Shown: in pieces, positions 43,270 through 57,426 of the stretch
How positions within the stretch are numbered: the stretch's first letter is position 1
Layout: every line of letters begins with the position of its first letter
Origin: Octopus vulgaris
Taxonomy: Eukaryota
NCBI GenBank assembly: GCA_951406725.2
Contig: OX597819.1
Span: 20,026,001 to 20,090,000, forward strand
DNA: 64,000 bases
Direction: 5' to 3'
The notes under the pieces: generated by a model
Told to the model about the DNA's origin: nothing
The model's database searches: none
The model's input: the letters and a program-made list of their open reading frames with translations, nothing else
Position numbers and translations under genes: made by a program

Positions 43270-44262
43270 TACATCGGGCAAACGGGACACCACTTGGCTG
43301 ACCGGTTCGCGGACACCTCCGAGACATCGGCAGTGACACCCCGGTCTCACGGTATTTCCGCTCCACCGGTCACTCTCTGCAACACCTGTCCGCGTTCAGA
43401 TTCTCCTTGCACAGGGTCCATCCGGACTCCCGTTTCCGCCGTGAACAGGGATTAATCTTCTCTCTTCGCTCCGTTGCGCCACATGAGGTCAAATCTCCTC
43501 CCCTCTTCATCTAACCTCCTCCCCTCGCCTCTCTGCCCCTTACACCTACGTCCTCCCGTCCACTACTCCTTTCTTGTTATGACTCCTACTTCTTTTAACT
43601 CCTACTCTCCTTCTCTCTTCTCTTCACTCCTATCCAACTTCTCCTTCCCTCCTTCATCATCAACCCTCCCTCGTAAGCCCACACTTCCCCACACATTCCA
43701 CGCCACCTTCCCAATCTTTCTCCATCAAAGCGCACCCTATCTCTTACACGCACTCCCACATGCCCCACTTCTCGTCTCCCTAACTCCCAACCCCATCACA
43801 CCACACACCCGTACACCTTACACCACCATACCACACAACACATCACATCTCAACACACCACAACGCATACATCAGCACTCACCTCTTCTCAGACACACAT
43901 TTTCACACCTACACATACGCACACGCACACGTCAAGATAACCAGCTCTCTTCCATATGCACATACAAACACTCTTATACACACACACGCACACCTTCATT
44001 TTGGGATCACCACTACTTTATTATCTCCTCTTTTTCCTAGCCCTCATGGGTGACTCCTCCGTCCGGCATTTTCCCTTATAAATCGCTAGCGACTACACAA
44101 TCTTTATTTTCTCTCCTTGTTTTTTTCTGTGTTCCTTTCTGTGGATGAGGGTAGACTCGAAACGTTAAAGACCTTTTCACGTCCCGAAATGTAAACTAAT
44201 ACATCTGTTTGTTGTCTACACCACCTGTCTTCGTCTTTTTTTTTTTTTGTGAATTTTCCCTA
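43270..44262 (+). mobile_element. Neptune-type Penelope-like element 3' end with GIY-YIG C-terminus (43270-43514, frameshifted)
   Basis: YIGQTGHHLADRFA/HLRDIGSDTPVSRYFRSTGHSLQHL...RFRREQGLIFSLRSVAPH..*, then C-rich UTR and hammerhead-like motif. Confidence 0.85.
44135..44172 (+). ncRNA. Decayed minimal hammerhead-like motif
   Basis: CUUU-CUGUGGA-U-GAGG-GUAG-ACUC-GAAAC-GUU-AAAG. Confidence 0.5.
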
Positions 44263-44530
44263 GATACATACATGCATACACACATACATATACACATACA
44301 CACAAATAACAGATAGCAGTCAAAACGTGAATCTAAAACCACTTCATTTATTCATAAAGCACAAGGTCAAACACAAATAGATAAATATACGAGCAAAATT
44401 TTGGGATATAATCCCAGATCCGTATTGCTGGCTCTATATAAAAATATACACAGCCTCGTCAGGAGTATATACACAAATAGTACCTAATTACAAATATCCA
44501 TATACATATATATATATGTGTGAGTGTGCA

Positions 44531-44760
44531 TATTTCTTTATTACTCACAAGGGGCTAAACATAGAGGGGACAAACAAGGACAGACATAGGTATTAAGTCG
44601 ATTAGATCGACCCCAGTGCGTAACTGGTGCTTAATTTCTCGACCACGAAAGGATGAAAGGCAAAGTCGACCTCGGCGGAATTTGAACTCACAACGTAACT
44701 GCAGACGAAACACCGCAAAGCATTTCGCCCGGCGTGCTATCGCTGCGGCCAGCTCTCCTT
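44531..44760 (-). mobile_element. SINE family A monomer
   Basis: Reverse complement of the 32018 copy. Confidence 0.92.
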
Positions 44761-45133
<373 letters not shown>

Positions 45134-46108
45134 CACAGACACACAATCGTATCCACCCACACACGTATATATTTGTAATAATGAAGCGAAACCAAGTAAT
45201 GACATTGTACCATCATTCATAATGTACGTTTCAGGTTTGTTATATATAACAGGAAATATTTGGGAACGTAAAGCTGCAAGACATTCCGGAATTCTACCAT
45301 TTAAGTACATTTTTAAATGCCTACACATGCAGGTGCATGCATGAGAATGCATAAAACTAATTATACAAATTTGCACATATACGTACATACGCATATTGAA
45401 AAAATAACCTGTTGATGTTCTCGGGGTTGCAATGAAGGAACGTTGGATCAACGCTAGTAACCGGTTCTTTCTCTATTGGCAAAGAATCTTGAAATAAAAC
45501 TGAATAATGATATACCTTTCAAGTCTTCATCGAAGGAATGTAAGACAATCTATTTCTGTACTTTACTGCACTTTGGTTTCTAAAGGTAAGACATGTTTTT
45601 AAGGATTAACATACTGATTAAAGTTGTGCGTATGTGTGTTGTGTGTGTGTGAGTCTGTGTGTGTTCTTGTATCATTTCGTGGCCTCTGTACACATGTCAA
45701 TCATTTAAATCGCATGGAATTGTTCATTGACGACTCCAAGAAAATAAGTAAGTATCAAATTAGATTTTCGAAAATAAACTACTTAATAACGTTTTGCTCT
45801 CAAACTACTGTTTCTGACAAAAAACAAAAAAGACACAAAAAAAACAAAACGCTCGACAGTTCAAGATTCGAAATCACTTACTTACGTGTTGGCCCGAAAC
45901 ATGCATCTTCCCTTCAAGCAATGATACAAGTGATGCGGCATATGTACAGATGCATCCGTATATCTTTATGTGTTTATTGTATACATATGTATACATGTGT
46001 GTGTACGTTTGTGTATAGGAGCATATATCCATATATATTGTCACAGACACAAATCTATTCATATTTCCACACCCACGTATGCACATACCCACACACAAGC
46101 ACACGCAT

Positions 46109-46153
<45 letters not shown>

Positions 46154-46191
46154 AACACATATATATATATATATATATATACATTCCTGTG

Positions 46192-46291
46192 TTTTGTCAT
46201 GGTTACACGGGAGCTTAGATATTAGAGAAAGGAGGCGTACTGCGGTTGACTACATCCTACAAATCTACTCAAATATACTTCATACAATATC
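46192..46291 (+). repeat. 100-bp dispersed direct repeat, copy 1
   Basis: About 12 mismatches, ungapped, versus 47712-47811. Confidence 0.9.
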
Positions 46292-47711
46292 ACACACACA
46301 CACAAACACAAACACACACACACATATATGTATATATATGTTACAGAGAGAGAGAGAGAGAGAGAAAATGATACGTACATACATGAATAAATAGATAGGT
46401 AGACAGACAAACAGACAAACAAACGGATAGAATTTTAGATAGATGCATACATACGAACAAATATGCATGCATATATTTTACATACGTGTATACCTACATA
46501 CAGATTTGTGACTGTGTGAGTGGGTTTATATATCTATACATTCAAATAATTGTCTGCGCGTGTGAACTTTGTCCCTGTATAAACAAATAAGTTTGAATCG
46601 CATACATGTCTGTGTACACTCCGTGTAAATTCTCGGCGTTAGTATGCTATTCTATCGGCTTGTAATCATGTCTTCTCCCCAAATACAAACTACCCTTTCA
46701 TTTATAGCATTCTATTATTTGCTTAAGAATTGGAAATCATCCAGTATCAATCGACCTGCCCTAACACCTAGTTTCTAACACCGCGCCATATATATCTCAC
46801 CCTTCGTATTTTTTCCCATGTGGTAATTGTAATACTGACATGAATAAAATATATAATCTTCGCAACAAATCTTACGCTTGTCGTATAATTTTCACGTCTT
46901 TAACTCAAAGACAAAGCGTGGATTTCAATTCTTTATGCATTTTATTTTAATGTTTTTCATCTTTACCACATGCATGTACATATGAGAACATATCACATGC
47001 ATGTACATACGCACATATGAGTACATACACACACACACATATGCATATGCGTCTGTGTGTGTGTGTGTGTGTTTATATTTGTATACGTGTTTGCTGTTCT
47101 CGCATTCATTTTACGTGTATTTCTCTGACTCTATTATTTTTTCTGCTCGTTTATTCTTGCTGTCAAACGGAGGATAAATAGAGTGATAAATAGATAGGAT
47201 AGATTAGAATAAATAGAAACCACAAGCATCAATTCAGAAACGTACCTGCGATATACATGCTTTGCATTGGAAAATATTTGTTTTACGTGCACACACATGT
47301 GATTTCTGATATTTGCCTTTCCAATGAAACTGCATTCAATATCTATTTGATTTTCCTCCCACTATTTCCAGCATCCCACACATACACTATAAATTATTTC
47401 ACCATAATCCTGCAAAATAGAGACCAAATCAACCAATCTCATACTTGATTGGATGTTGGCCACAACAATCTAAGTCTTCGATAGAACGGAAACATATAAT
47501 CTTAAAAATAAAGATCCATAATGAATTCAAATTATGGACGTCCGTATTCTTTATTCCTTTGTATATGTTTGCATTAGCTTTGTTTCGTTCTGCTTCTTTC
47601 CTATATGTTCTTTGAATCAATGAGCTTAAAGTCACATAGCATTCTTCTGAATAAACCTCTTTCGGAATCGAACATCATGGATATGCTAATTTTCCTGTGA
47701 CACTTGCAGAA

Positions 47712-47811
47712 TTTTGTCATGGTTACACAGGAGCATAGATATGAGTGAAAGGAGGCGTAATGTGGTTGACTATATCCTACAAAACTAGACAAATATTCTT
47801 CAAACAATATC
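47712..47811 (+). repeat. 100-bp dispersed direct repeat, copy 2
   Basis: See 46192-46291. Confidence 0.9.
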
Positions 47812-48376
47812 CTACAACATTGAAATAGAAAGACGTTTTATAATAAATTCCATCTTCATACACATGAACATGATGGTCACAGTGGAATGCGTATTGTGAT
47901 GATTCTGTTCATCTCCGGCGGCGTTCTATATATATGAAAAAAATATGAGAATTGTTAACCCGTCAACTGTTTGACGGCGTGGCCCGTCAAATGTAACATA
48001 AAACACATTCAGGACAGAAATTTTCAGGTGAACCATCCAATCAGTGTTCATTTTGCACTGTGTAATCAAGTTACTCTCTGGGTATAATGCAAAAATACAG
48101 CAATATGAGATACACGGGTTTGGTTCTAAAATACTCACATATATACAAGCATACATGCGTACATACATACGTACATACATACATACTTGCATGCATGTAT
48201 ATATGCATGCATACACACTCATACATGCAGAAATAATATAGTGACGAAGACTATTTCCGATGCTACCCTCAGGAAGGTATGTCTCTGAGGAGTAGATCAA
48301 ATGCCTGTCAGAACGACGGGTAAGCACATCTTTAAAAACAAGGCATGCTAGTAGAGTACTCCAATAAAAACAACAA

Positions 48377-48607
48377 TACCTATTTCTTTATTACCCACAA
48401 GGGGCTAAACACAGGGGGAACAAACAAGGACAGACAAACGGATTAAGTCGATTACATCGACCCCAGTTCGTAACTGGTACTTAATTTATCGACCCCGAAA
48501 GGAGGAAAGGCAAAATCGACTCGGCGGAATTTGAACTCACAACGTAACGCAGACGAAATACCGCTAAGCATTTCGCCCGGCGTGCTAACGGTTCTGCCAG
48601 CTCGCCG
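48377..48607 (-). mobile_element. SINE family A monomer ending in the re-entry junction (aaagaaataggtatt)
   Basis: Reverse complement of family A. Confidence 0.92.
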
Positions 48608-48758
48608 AAACATGGACATGATGCTCAAAGAGGAACAAACAAACTTATCAAATTAAAGTAAAATTAAAAACGAGCGTAGGGTCGAAACATATTTCGAAAT
48701 GCTGTCAACATGTGTCTGTGTTTCTGTGTGTTTGTGTGTGTGTGTGTGTGTGTGTCTG

Positions 48759-48848
48759 AAGGCGTATGGCTTAGTGGTTGGGGCATTCCGCTCACGATTG
48801 TAAGGCCGTGAGTTCATTATCCGGCGATGCGTTTTGTCCTTGAGCTTG
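48759..48848 (+). mobile_element. tRNA-derived SINE head fragment
   Basis: ggcgtatggcttagtggtt (A box)...gtgagttca (B box)...gtccttgagc. Confidence 0.55.
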
Positions 48849-49051
48849 CATTTCAGATATAATTCAACGGAGTGGCTTAACTGTAAACATTCAGAAAGGG
48901 AGTTTGGCTCCTTTAGGGTAAGATTCGGCTGTTGTTAACAGTTCAAGTGCCCAGAACACCCACAATTTGGATCGTGTATATCGCCTCACATACATACGCA
49001 CACGTAGTAAAATACATGCACATACAAAGGCGCGAACACGAACACCCCCCC

Positions 49052-49085
<34 letters not shown>

Positions 49086-49106
49086 ATATATATACAGACA
49101 TATTGG

Positions 49107-49221
49107 TATAATGTATGTTTGTGTGTGTATACATTGCTAGTAAGAAGCTTGCAATTTTGCGATGTATTATTGCAAGCTTCTTACTAGCAATGTATACAAA
49201 CACATACAAACATACATTATA
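49107..49221. repeat. Hairpin: perfect 30-bp stem, 13-nt loop, imperfect extension
   Basis: 49126-49155 is the reverse complement of 49169-49198; tataatgtatgtttgt / acaaacatacattata extend the stem. Confidence 0.95.
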
Positions 49222-49257
49222 TGTATACATGCATACATACATACATACATACATACA

Positions 49258-49289
<32 letters not shown>

Positions 49290-49584
49290 CACGTATGGGT
49301 TTATGTAAATATATTTGTTGGTATCAGTGTATATACAGATATGTGTGTGCCCCGTGAGTATGTGAGTTGCAACGGTGTTTAGCAGCCGATTATAGATACC
49401 ACCGAATATACTGATTTCAAGAATAGACAAAGAATGCTTATAAATATTTCTTTAAGACAATATTTCCTGATATCTAATATTACGGCCAACAAATGAAATA
49501 CAGAGGAAATCTGAAAGACGTTCACCTCGCAATATATCTTTGACTTATCTTCAAATATTAATGTGGTCTGCATATATAGGCATT

Positions 49585-49609
49585 GTGTGCGTGCGTATGT
49601 GCCTGTACA

Positions 49610-49677
<68 letters not shown>

Positions 49678-49908
49678 GCATACACGCACGCACACACATA
49701 CATATACATATATATATATATGTAGGTATGTACTTACGGATATATATATATATGTCCGTAAATATATATATATATATGTGTGTGTATGTGTGTGTGTGTG
49801 TGTGAGTGTGTGTATGAATCTTGACTGTCAATTTCACGCACCACGTATAAATGTGTAAGAAAATAAACATATATATGAAAAATAATTTATTTGTGTATAT
49901 ATATATGT

Positions 49909-49942
<34 letters not shown>

Positions 49943-50024
49943 ACACATATATGTATATATATATTTATATATATATATATATACAAATATATATATACTA
50001 TCTCCTAGAAGAACAATATATATG

Positions 50025-50073
<49 letters not shown>

Positions 50074-50088
50074 GTATGTATGTCTGTG

Positions 50089-50144
<56 letters not shown>

Positions 50145-50145
50145 T
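49585..50145. repeat. Compound TA/CATA microsatellite field
   Basis: Direct inspection. Confidence 0.9.
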
Positions 50146-51233
50146 ATCCCCAAGAAGAACAATCCAGTTTTATCGGTTGATTTATATTCCTTCACTATAT
50201 TGAATCTACTTTCTGATAGATTACTGTTGAGCGCCAACAATCTTCGATGCTGTCGAACGTAATACGCAGTTCAGGACTTGTGCTGTCTCCGTCTTCAATC
50301 GTATCCTCATATCAACAAGCTGTTTTCACTTCACTATTTCTTTCCATCCACTAATGCCGATATAATAAGACTTTTGTATTCTGAACTGACAGAGATGTGA
50401 CTTCTGTGAAAGATGGCATTTCGTATTCAAGATTTACCTACAGCTATTATTTCAGTTAGCTGTGAAATGGAATTAGTTTTTAAGTGATAAATAGAAGTTC
50501 TCTTTGTATGAAAAATCCTAGTTATTCTTCATCAACGCGTTTAAAATGGTCTCACATCTATGTCTAAGCATATTAAAAGACAGCGAATTTCTTTTGTATG
50601 TTCGTTTGTTTTTTTTTTTTTTATGATACATTTTTCATGTGATTGAATATAGATGTTCAATTTTCTGCAAGCTTTCCACATACCCGTATTTATTACATTT
50701 GCCTCATAATTGGTGCATTTACTGATCATTTTTAAAAAATTCCTTCTATAAATGTAGTATCTAGATATACGTATATTCTATAGAATATTTATGAACGCTT
50801 GTTTCCATATATTTCTAAACTAGCTTAAATTCAGTTCGTTAGCATTTTCTATAGAAGTGATATATATATACTATATATTTACTATCGTCAGTTATACATT
50901 CATTAATTTCAATATTTTAATCACAGCAAATATCAGTATGAACAGTTTAGTTGTTATTTCCACGAATACAGTAAGCAGCGACGCCTTTAAATATTTTCTG
51001 AAATAGCCACGGATTGATCAAAAGCATTGTTCAAGGAATTTGTTAGAAGGACGTTAAAACATTCTAGGAAGACTGATCTATGGCAAGACAAGAACATATT
51101 ATGTTTGAAAAGAGTCGGTGAAGGAAATGTGTCACAGGCAAACTAGAAATCAGATTTGACTTGTCAGTTTTTCCATATATGCATGTGCTCACTCAGGTAG
51201 TCATGTGTATGTATACATACGTGTATACATACC

Positions 51234-51295
<62 letters not shown>

Positions 51296-51452
51296 CCACC
51301 ATACTTTCTACCTTATATATAGTATATAGTGAGAGTGAGTGGGCGAAATATAATTAATAGATACATAGATGAAATTACATGTTTATATATGTATATATAT
51401 TTGTGTGGGGGGGGGGCGTACATAGTAGACACGTATATGTACAGACAAACAT

Positions 51453-51540
<88 letters not shown>

Positions 51541-52340
51541 ATACAAACACATTTATATACACATGTATATATATATTTGTGTGTAAGTTTGAGTTTATTC
51601 TCTTTGACTTAAAACGTAACTTCTCGTGTTAAATAATATCAACTCATTAAATAGTGGAGTGGCAATTAAAATGCAAGCAAGAATATATCAAACCATTACG
51701 AGTACGAGGAATATGACACCATAAGAATTCATCAGCACTGAGTTAGTACCATGGCCCAACAGTATCGAAGATGCTTTATGCTTTTGTATGAGAATCTCAG
51801 CTTGAGACCTACGTCTGCTGTCGTTATTCACATCTGAAACAGCAAATACATTTTCTTCAGACAACATTTTTCTGCCTTTAAAAAACAATCTAAGAAAGCA
51901 AAACGAATATAAGGCAGGTTTTGATAACCGACATCAAATCTATGTTTGGGTCTGTCAACAACTATACATCTGTTCCATGGCTGTTGAACTAGGTTACTCA
52001 GACCAAATTGCACGATTATTTTAGGGAACTTGGTCAGTCTATCAAATGGACCGTTGTATGAAATCTGTTACACTCAGCACGTAAATTTATAAAACTGAAC
52101 AATGAACATTGCTGACATACAGGCCTCAAGTAACATCATTGATTTTCGACATTGACACTATTCCATAATTTTCGTGTTGTATAGAATCAATGAAAAACCG
52201 ATTCTTGTGCACATTGCTCCTTTATTTTATCCGCCAGCGAAATAAGAAATGCGATTTCACCTCGATGTGATTAGATCTTGCTAATATTTAGATTGTTTGC
52301 ACGTGGGAAATTTTTGCTGACGATAATGGCTTATCTAAAC

Positions 52341-52560
52341 GCGGCGAACTGGCAGAACCTTTAGCATGCCGGGCAAAATGCGTAGCCGTATTTCGTCTGC
52401 CGTTACGTTGTGAGTTCAAATTCGACTTTGCCTTTCATCCTTTCGGCGTCGATAAATTAAGTACCTGTTACGCACTGGGGTCGATGTAATCGACTTCATC
52501 CGTTTGTCTGTCCTTGTTTGTCCCCTCCATCTTTAGATCCTTGTGGGTAATAAAGAAACA
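52341..52560 (+). mobile_element. SINE family A monomer
   Basis: Family A sequence with a short deletion after the B box; near-TSD ataatggc(t/g)tatcta. Confidence 0.9.
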
Positions 52561-52925
52561 AATAATGGCGTATCTATAAATTTTTTATGCATTCTGGCAG
52601 AATTGAATGTGAATATCTGATCGCTGTTGTTTTTCTTGCTCGGCCAACATCACCTCCAAATAGAAGCTGTGTGTTCATTACACACGCAATTCCCGGCTGT
52701 AATGGAGTGAAGGAAGAGAAGCGTTATTGTTTGGATTTTCATTATTTTACGTGCACCCCATGAATTATTATCTGTTTGACAGACATGAAGCACGCATCAA
52801 CAAATAAATTCTTCGCTCATAGTTACAAAGAAGAGCACGTGCTTTTGTTAGATTAATCGGCCTGGCGGTTTAGCTGCAACTGAAGTGACACGCTATGTAC
52901 TCGAAACATTCCTGTATCTCAAAGT

Positions 52926-53310
52926 GGAGGCGCAATGGCCCAGTGGTTAGGGCAGCGGACTCGCGGTCATAGGATCGCGGTTTCGATTCTCAGACCGGGC
53001 GTTGTGAGTGTTTATTGAGCGAAAACACATAAAAGCTCCACGAAGCTCCGGCAGGGGATGGTGGTGATCCCTGCTGTACTCTTTCACCACAACTTTCTCT
53101 CACTCTTACTTCCTGTTTCTGTTAAACCTGCATTTCAAGGGGCCGGCCTTGTCACTCTCTGTGTCACGCTGAATATCCCCGAGAACTACGTTAAGGGTGC
53201 ACGTGTCTGTGGAGTGCTCAGCCACTTACACGTTAATTTCACGAGCAGGCTGTTCCGTTGATTCGGATCAACCGGAACCCTCATCGTCGTAACCGACGGT
53301 GTGCTTCCTA
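52926..53310 (+). mobile_element. tRNA-derived SINE family C, full length
   Basis: A box TGGCCCAGTGG, B box GGTTTCGATTC; 12-bp TSD gtatctcaaagt (52914-52925, 53311-53322). Confidence 0.93.
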
Positions 53311-53619
53311 GTATCTCAAAGTCCCCTTACACCGGTGAATCGCGTGTATTATGGCCACACAGAGTCTAAATTGAGGAGATGCTCTCCGATAAAGTAAATC
53401 AACGATGATCTCATATTCAATTTTGAATCTGCCAGAGCCATTTCAAAATGAATTGATGCGTTATTGCTCGGATTGCTTGCGGTTTTCTATTCTGTGCTCA
53501 GCTTATATGTTATTGAAAAAAATTCTTCACTGTTGATTTGCACCGAAGTTATTGAAGAATGTAAGCTAATATGCATTCTACTATAAGCACAAATATTGTA
53601 GGAGGTGACCACTCGACTA

Positions 53620-54235
53620 CATCTACCGCAGTGTTCGACTAGACTTAATTTATCAAGCCCAAAACAAACGAAAGACGTCAAACTCAGCAGATTTTGATCT
53701 CAAATTTTAGGAGCCGGATAAAATAGCGCTAGGGATATTGATTCCACGTGCTAACGATACTCCTAGTTTAATTTCTGTCTTAAAACAATTTATGATTGCA
53801 AGTTTCCTTGATCAGCGATTTAACGTTTCTACCATCCCCTGCCCTTCTTTATGCAGATGAGGGGTGTTTGTAAAAGAAGCATACGTCTAAATAGTTTGAA
53901 AGTCGGTAAATTTAAGTGACAAGGAACCCAGAGCTGGAATGGTGCACATTTCCTCACCGTTCCCAAAGGAGTTGAACGGTAAACTCGGTGGAATTTGAAC
54001 TCTCAACGCAAGGACGGACGAAATACTGCTAAGCATTATTCAGCACCCCCACCTTTCGTTATCATGCCGTGCAGAATACTTAGCGGTATTTTGTCCGTCC
54101 TTACCTTCTGAGTTCAAATTCCGCGGAGGTTGACTTTACTTTCCATCCTTATTTCGAGATCGATAAAATTAGTTCAGTTGAATACTGCGATCGATGTAAT
54201 CGACACATTCCCTCCCCTTAATTGCTGATCTCATA
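53620..54235. mobile_element. Cluster of degenerate SINE family A fragments in both orientations
   Basis: Minus-strand pieces near 53620-53760 and 53985-54036; plus-strand piece 54070-54235 (ttctgagttcaaattccgcggaggttgacttt). Confidence 0.6.
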
Positions 54236-54252
54236 GCAAAATCTGAAACCAT

Positions 54253-54359
54253 TGTTGTTGTTGTTGTTGTTCTTCTTCTTCTTCTTGTTCTTGTTCTTCT
54301 TCTTTTTCTTCTTCTTCTTCTTCTTCTTCTTCTTCTTCTTCTTCTTCTTCTTCTTCTGA

Positions 54360-54392
<33 letters not shown>

Positions 54393-54404
54393 GGAGTAGT
54401 AGTA

Positions 54405-54441
<37 letters not shown>

Positions 54442-54520
54442 TAGTAGTAGTTGTTGTTGTTTTAGTAATAGTAGTAGTAGTAGTAGTAGTAGTAGAAGCA
54501 GCAGCAGCAGTTGCAGTAGC

Positions 54521-54552
<32 letters not shown>

Positions 54553-54683
54553 TAGTAGTAGTAGAAGTAGTAGTAGTAGTAGAAGTGTTAGTAGTAGTGG
54601 TGGTAGTAGTAGTTCTTGTTGTTGTTTTAGTAATAGTAGTAGTAGTAGTAGTAGTAGTAGCAGCAGCAGTAGTAGTAGTAGTG

Positions 54684-54753
<70 letters not shown>

Positions 54754-54791
54754 AAGTAGTAGTAGTAGTAGTAGAAGTGGTAGTAGTATTA

Positions 54792-54831
<40 letters not shown>

Positions 54832-54852
54832 CAGCAGCAGCAGTAGTAGTAT

Positions 54853-54889
<37 letters not shown>

Positions 54890-54893
54890 TGTG

Positions 54894-54924
<31 letters not shown>

Positions 54925-54957
54925 CAGCAGTAGTAGTAGTAGTAGTAGTAGCAGCAA
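54253..54957. repeat. (TTG)(TTC)(ATT)(AGT)n compound trinucleotide tract
   Basis: Direct inspection; the source of poly-T/V/L ORFs. Confidence 0.97.
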
Positions 54958-57426
54958 TCGGGTTGATATAGCTGTAGCATCTTTTGATTTTACGTCTGGT
55001 CAAACAAGTTTCACATCGGGCTAAACAACAGCAGCAAGAAGAAGAACAGCAACAATCACGAGGATATACAGCAACAACCACAACATCTACACGAATAGCA
55101 TCGCCAACGTGCGCATTAGCCATTGTGTGCCACCATACACCAGACTCTGCACAGTCAGTCTTCCCATTACTCACATGTAATTAAACATTCTATATTATTT
55201 ACACCGCTATTGATTTACTGGACTCTGAAAAATTAGTTTTACGCACGTATATTGTTAAGTGAATTGTTTTAATCTTACACAGTTATCTCATATTTTCACT
55301 GTGTCTATTGAAGATTATGCTAGCAAGCACGCTTTGCAATGATTGGGAAATATTGACCCCACCACATACGAATTATATCGTTGACTACTTTAGAATTACT
55401 CACTTACCCGTTACAACGTAAGTTACCCACACCACAAATAGCTTATGATTTACAACTATGTAATATAAGCCGTTAAGATGAATGGCCCTTTGCCCGTTGC
55501 AGAGTATGGTTCTATGGTTTGTTCACGACTTGTCTAAAATCTGAACTTGTATAATATATTATTTTAAAGAGAAAATCTGTTGTTGTTCACAGAATTCTTT
55601 TTTAAGATTGCCTTATATAAATATTTAGAAAACTATTTTTTTTTTCAATATATCTACAGTTTACACAATCTACAGGGACGTGAACGAATTGGCCCTTATC
55701 CAAACTAGAATATTCTATTACAGTCTATACTGTAGGAAAATCATTAAACAATATACGATTTTGTACTAAATTTCTTTGGCATTCTTAGTATATCACATTA
55801 AGTGTGGGCTGAAGTAATTTCAAAAGAACTGATAGCAAACTCATAGAAAACTGACCCATGGCCGCTTGTCATAAACTAGGTTACTGACAAATCTGTGTAT
55901 TCTGTCAGGAATTTGCAGATTTCCACCAATCATTTGAGGAAGTGAAGCTGCCTTGCAAAGAGAAATCTATTTTCCGCAACAATTCGTACGTGATTTAATG
56001 AATGAAATCTTTTTAAGTGTTCGCTGAACTATAAGTACAAACCAACGACTTCTTTAAGATAATAGAGTTTCTATTACAATGATTTCTTATAAGACAGTGT
56101 ATGTGACTCAGGAAGTATGAAAATGCTAAAGTAAAGACATTGCACTATTTAGTTTCGTATCTCTCAGTCTAGACTGTAAACGAATCGATAGAATTATGGT
56201 TCGCATACTTCAACTTGCTGACTTAGTATCTTAACCACAATTCAGCGTTCCTCAAACACGCATCTCATCAAATGTTAGCCAGCCGTGACCATTCCGCCTT
56301 TTTTCTCCTCAGTCAGTCTCCGTTGGATTGCAATATCCATTATATTTCTTTTTTAAGTGATAAGATACAAATTGATAGATAATTTATTGATATTTGTTAA
56401 CAGAGTGAGCCAGGGGTGTGCTTTAAAATAGCAGACAGGACTGAACTGGTTCCAGACGGGACCACCGGAAATTTATTTATTTTCAAGCATAATATTTTTG
56501 GTTTGTATAATGCAATGTTGCCGATCCACTTTTTAGACAGTACACTGATCTGGGGGTAATTCGGTTGGTATTTTTTTTATTGAGCGACCTCATTGAGGGC
56601 TCCCTATTTGGTTTAATGCAAACCGTGTTGTTAGAATTTTGAAGATATAAAATCCTGTTGATATATAAAATTTGCTCATCTTCCGTCACTGTTTCGCAAG
56701 CCCGCCCTGGCTGTCTACACCGCATTGACTAATTCTTATAAAGAGAGCTCAGCTTTCCTGTTCGAGTTGCCTCTCTTGGTATCTGTTACTGAAGAGCACT
56801 AAGGAACTCGAAGTGTATCTTGCATCCATAGAAGTCGCACTCAGCTAGCCACGGGTGTTTTAACATCTTGTCTAAAGTAACGAAACTCTTGTGAAAATAT
56901 TTTACAAGTTCAAATATATTTTTAACAGATTTGAACTGATTTATGGCCTGTTTATTTTCCGTCATATCATCGTGCAGTTAGCTACATAATTTATACAATA
57001 TATGTATCAGCACAAATTGATTTGTAGGGATAAATTTAAAGAATTGGGTAGCTTTTAAATAAATTCTATTGATTACAGTACTTTACTGAGATGTATATTA
57101 ACGAACCTGATAGAGGGAAATAAGTATGACTTTGTACGATATTTAACCACGGCTTTTCGGGATATTTATTTTATCGGGGAAATATATATTGGAATAAAGA
57201 AGATAAGGTGATTCTACTCTAAATATCAAAATAGAGAATGTTGAAAATTTAGAAAACATAAGACAAGAAAACAATAATGAGAAATGGGGAAAAACATTAC
57301 TCTTTTCCTATCGCGTAATCGAAAACTTATTTTGATTTTACGGATATATATTTAGTACTTCCGACAGTGAAATTACTCTAACACCAACAGGCTATCTGCA
57401 CTTTTAAATCATTGGAATCAAGTTCA

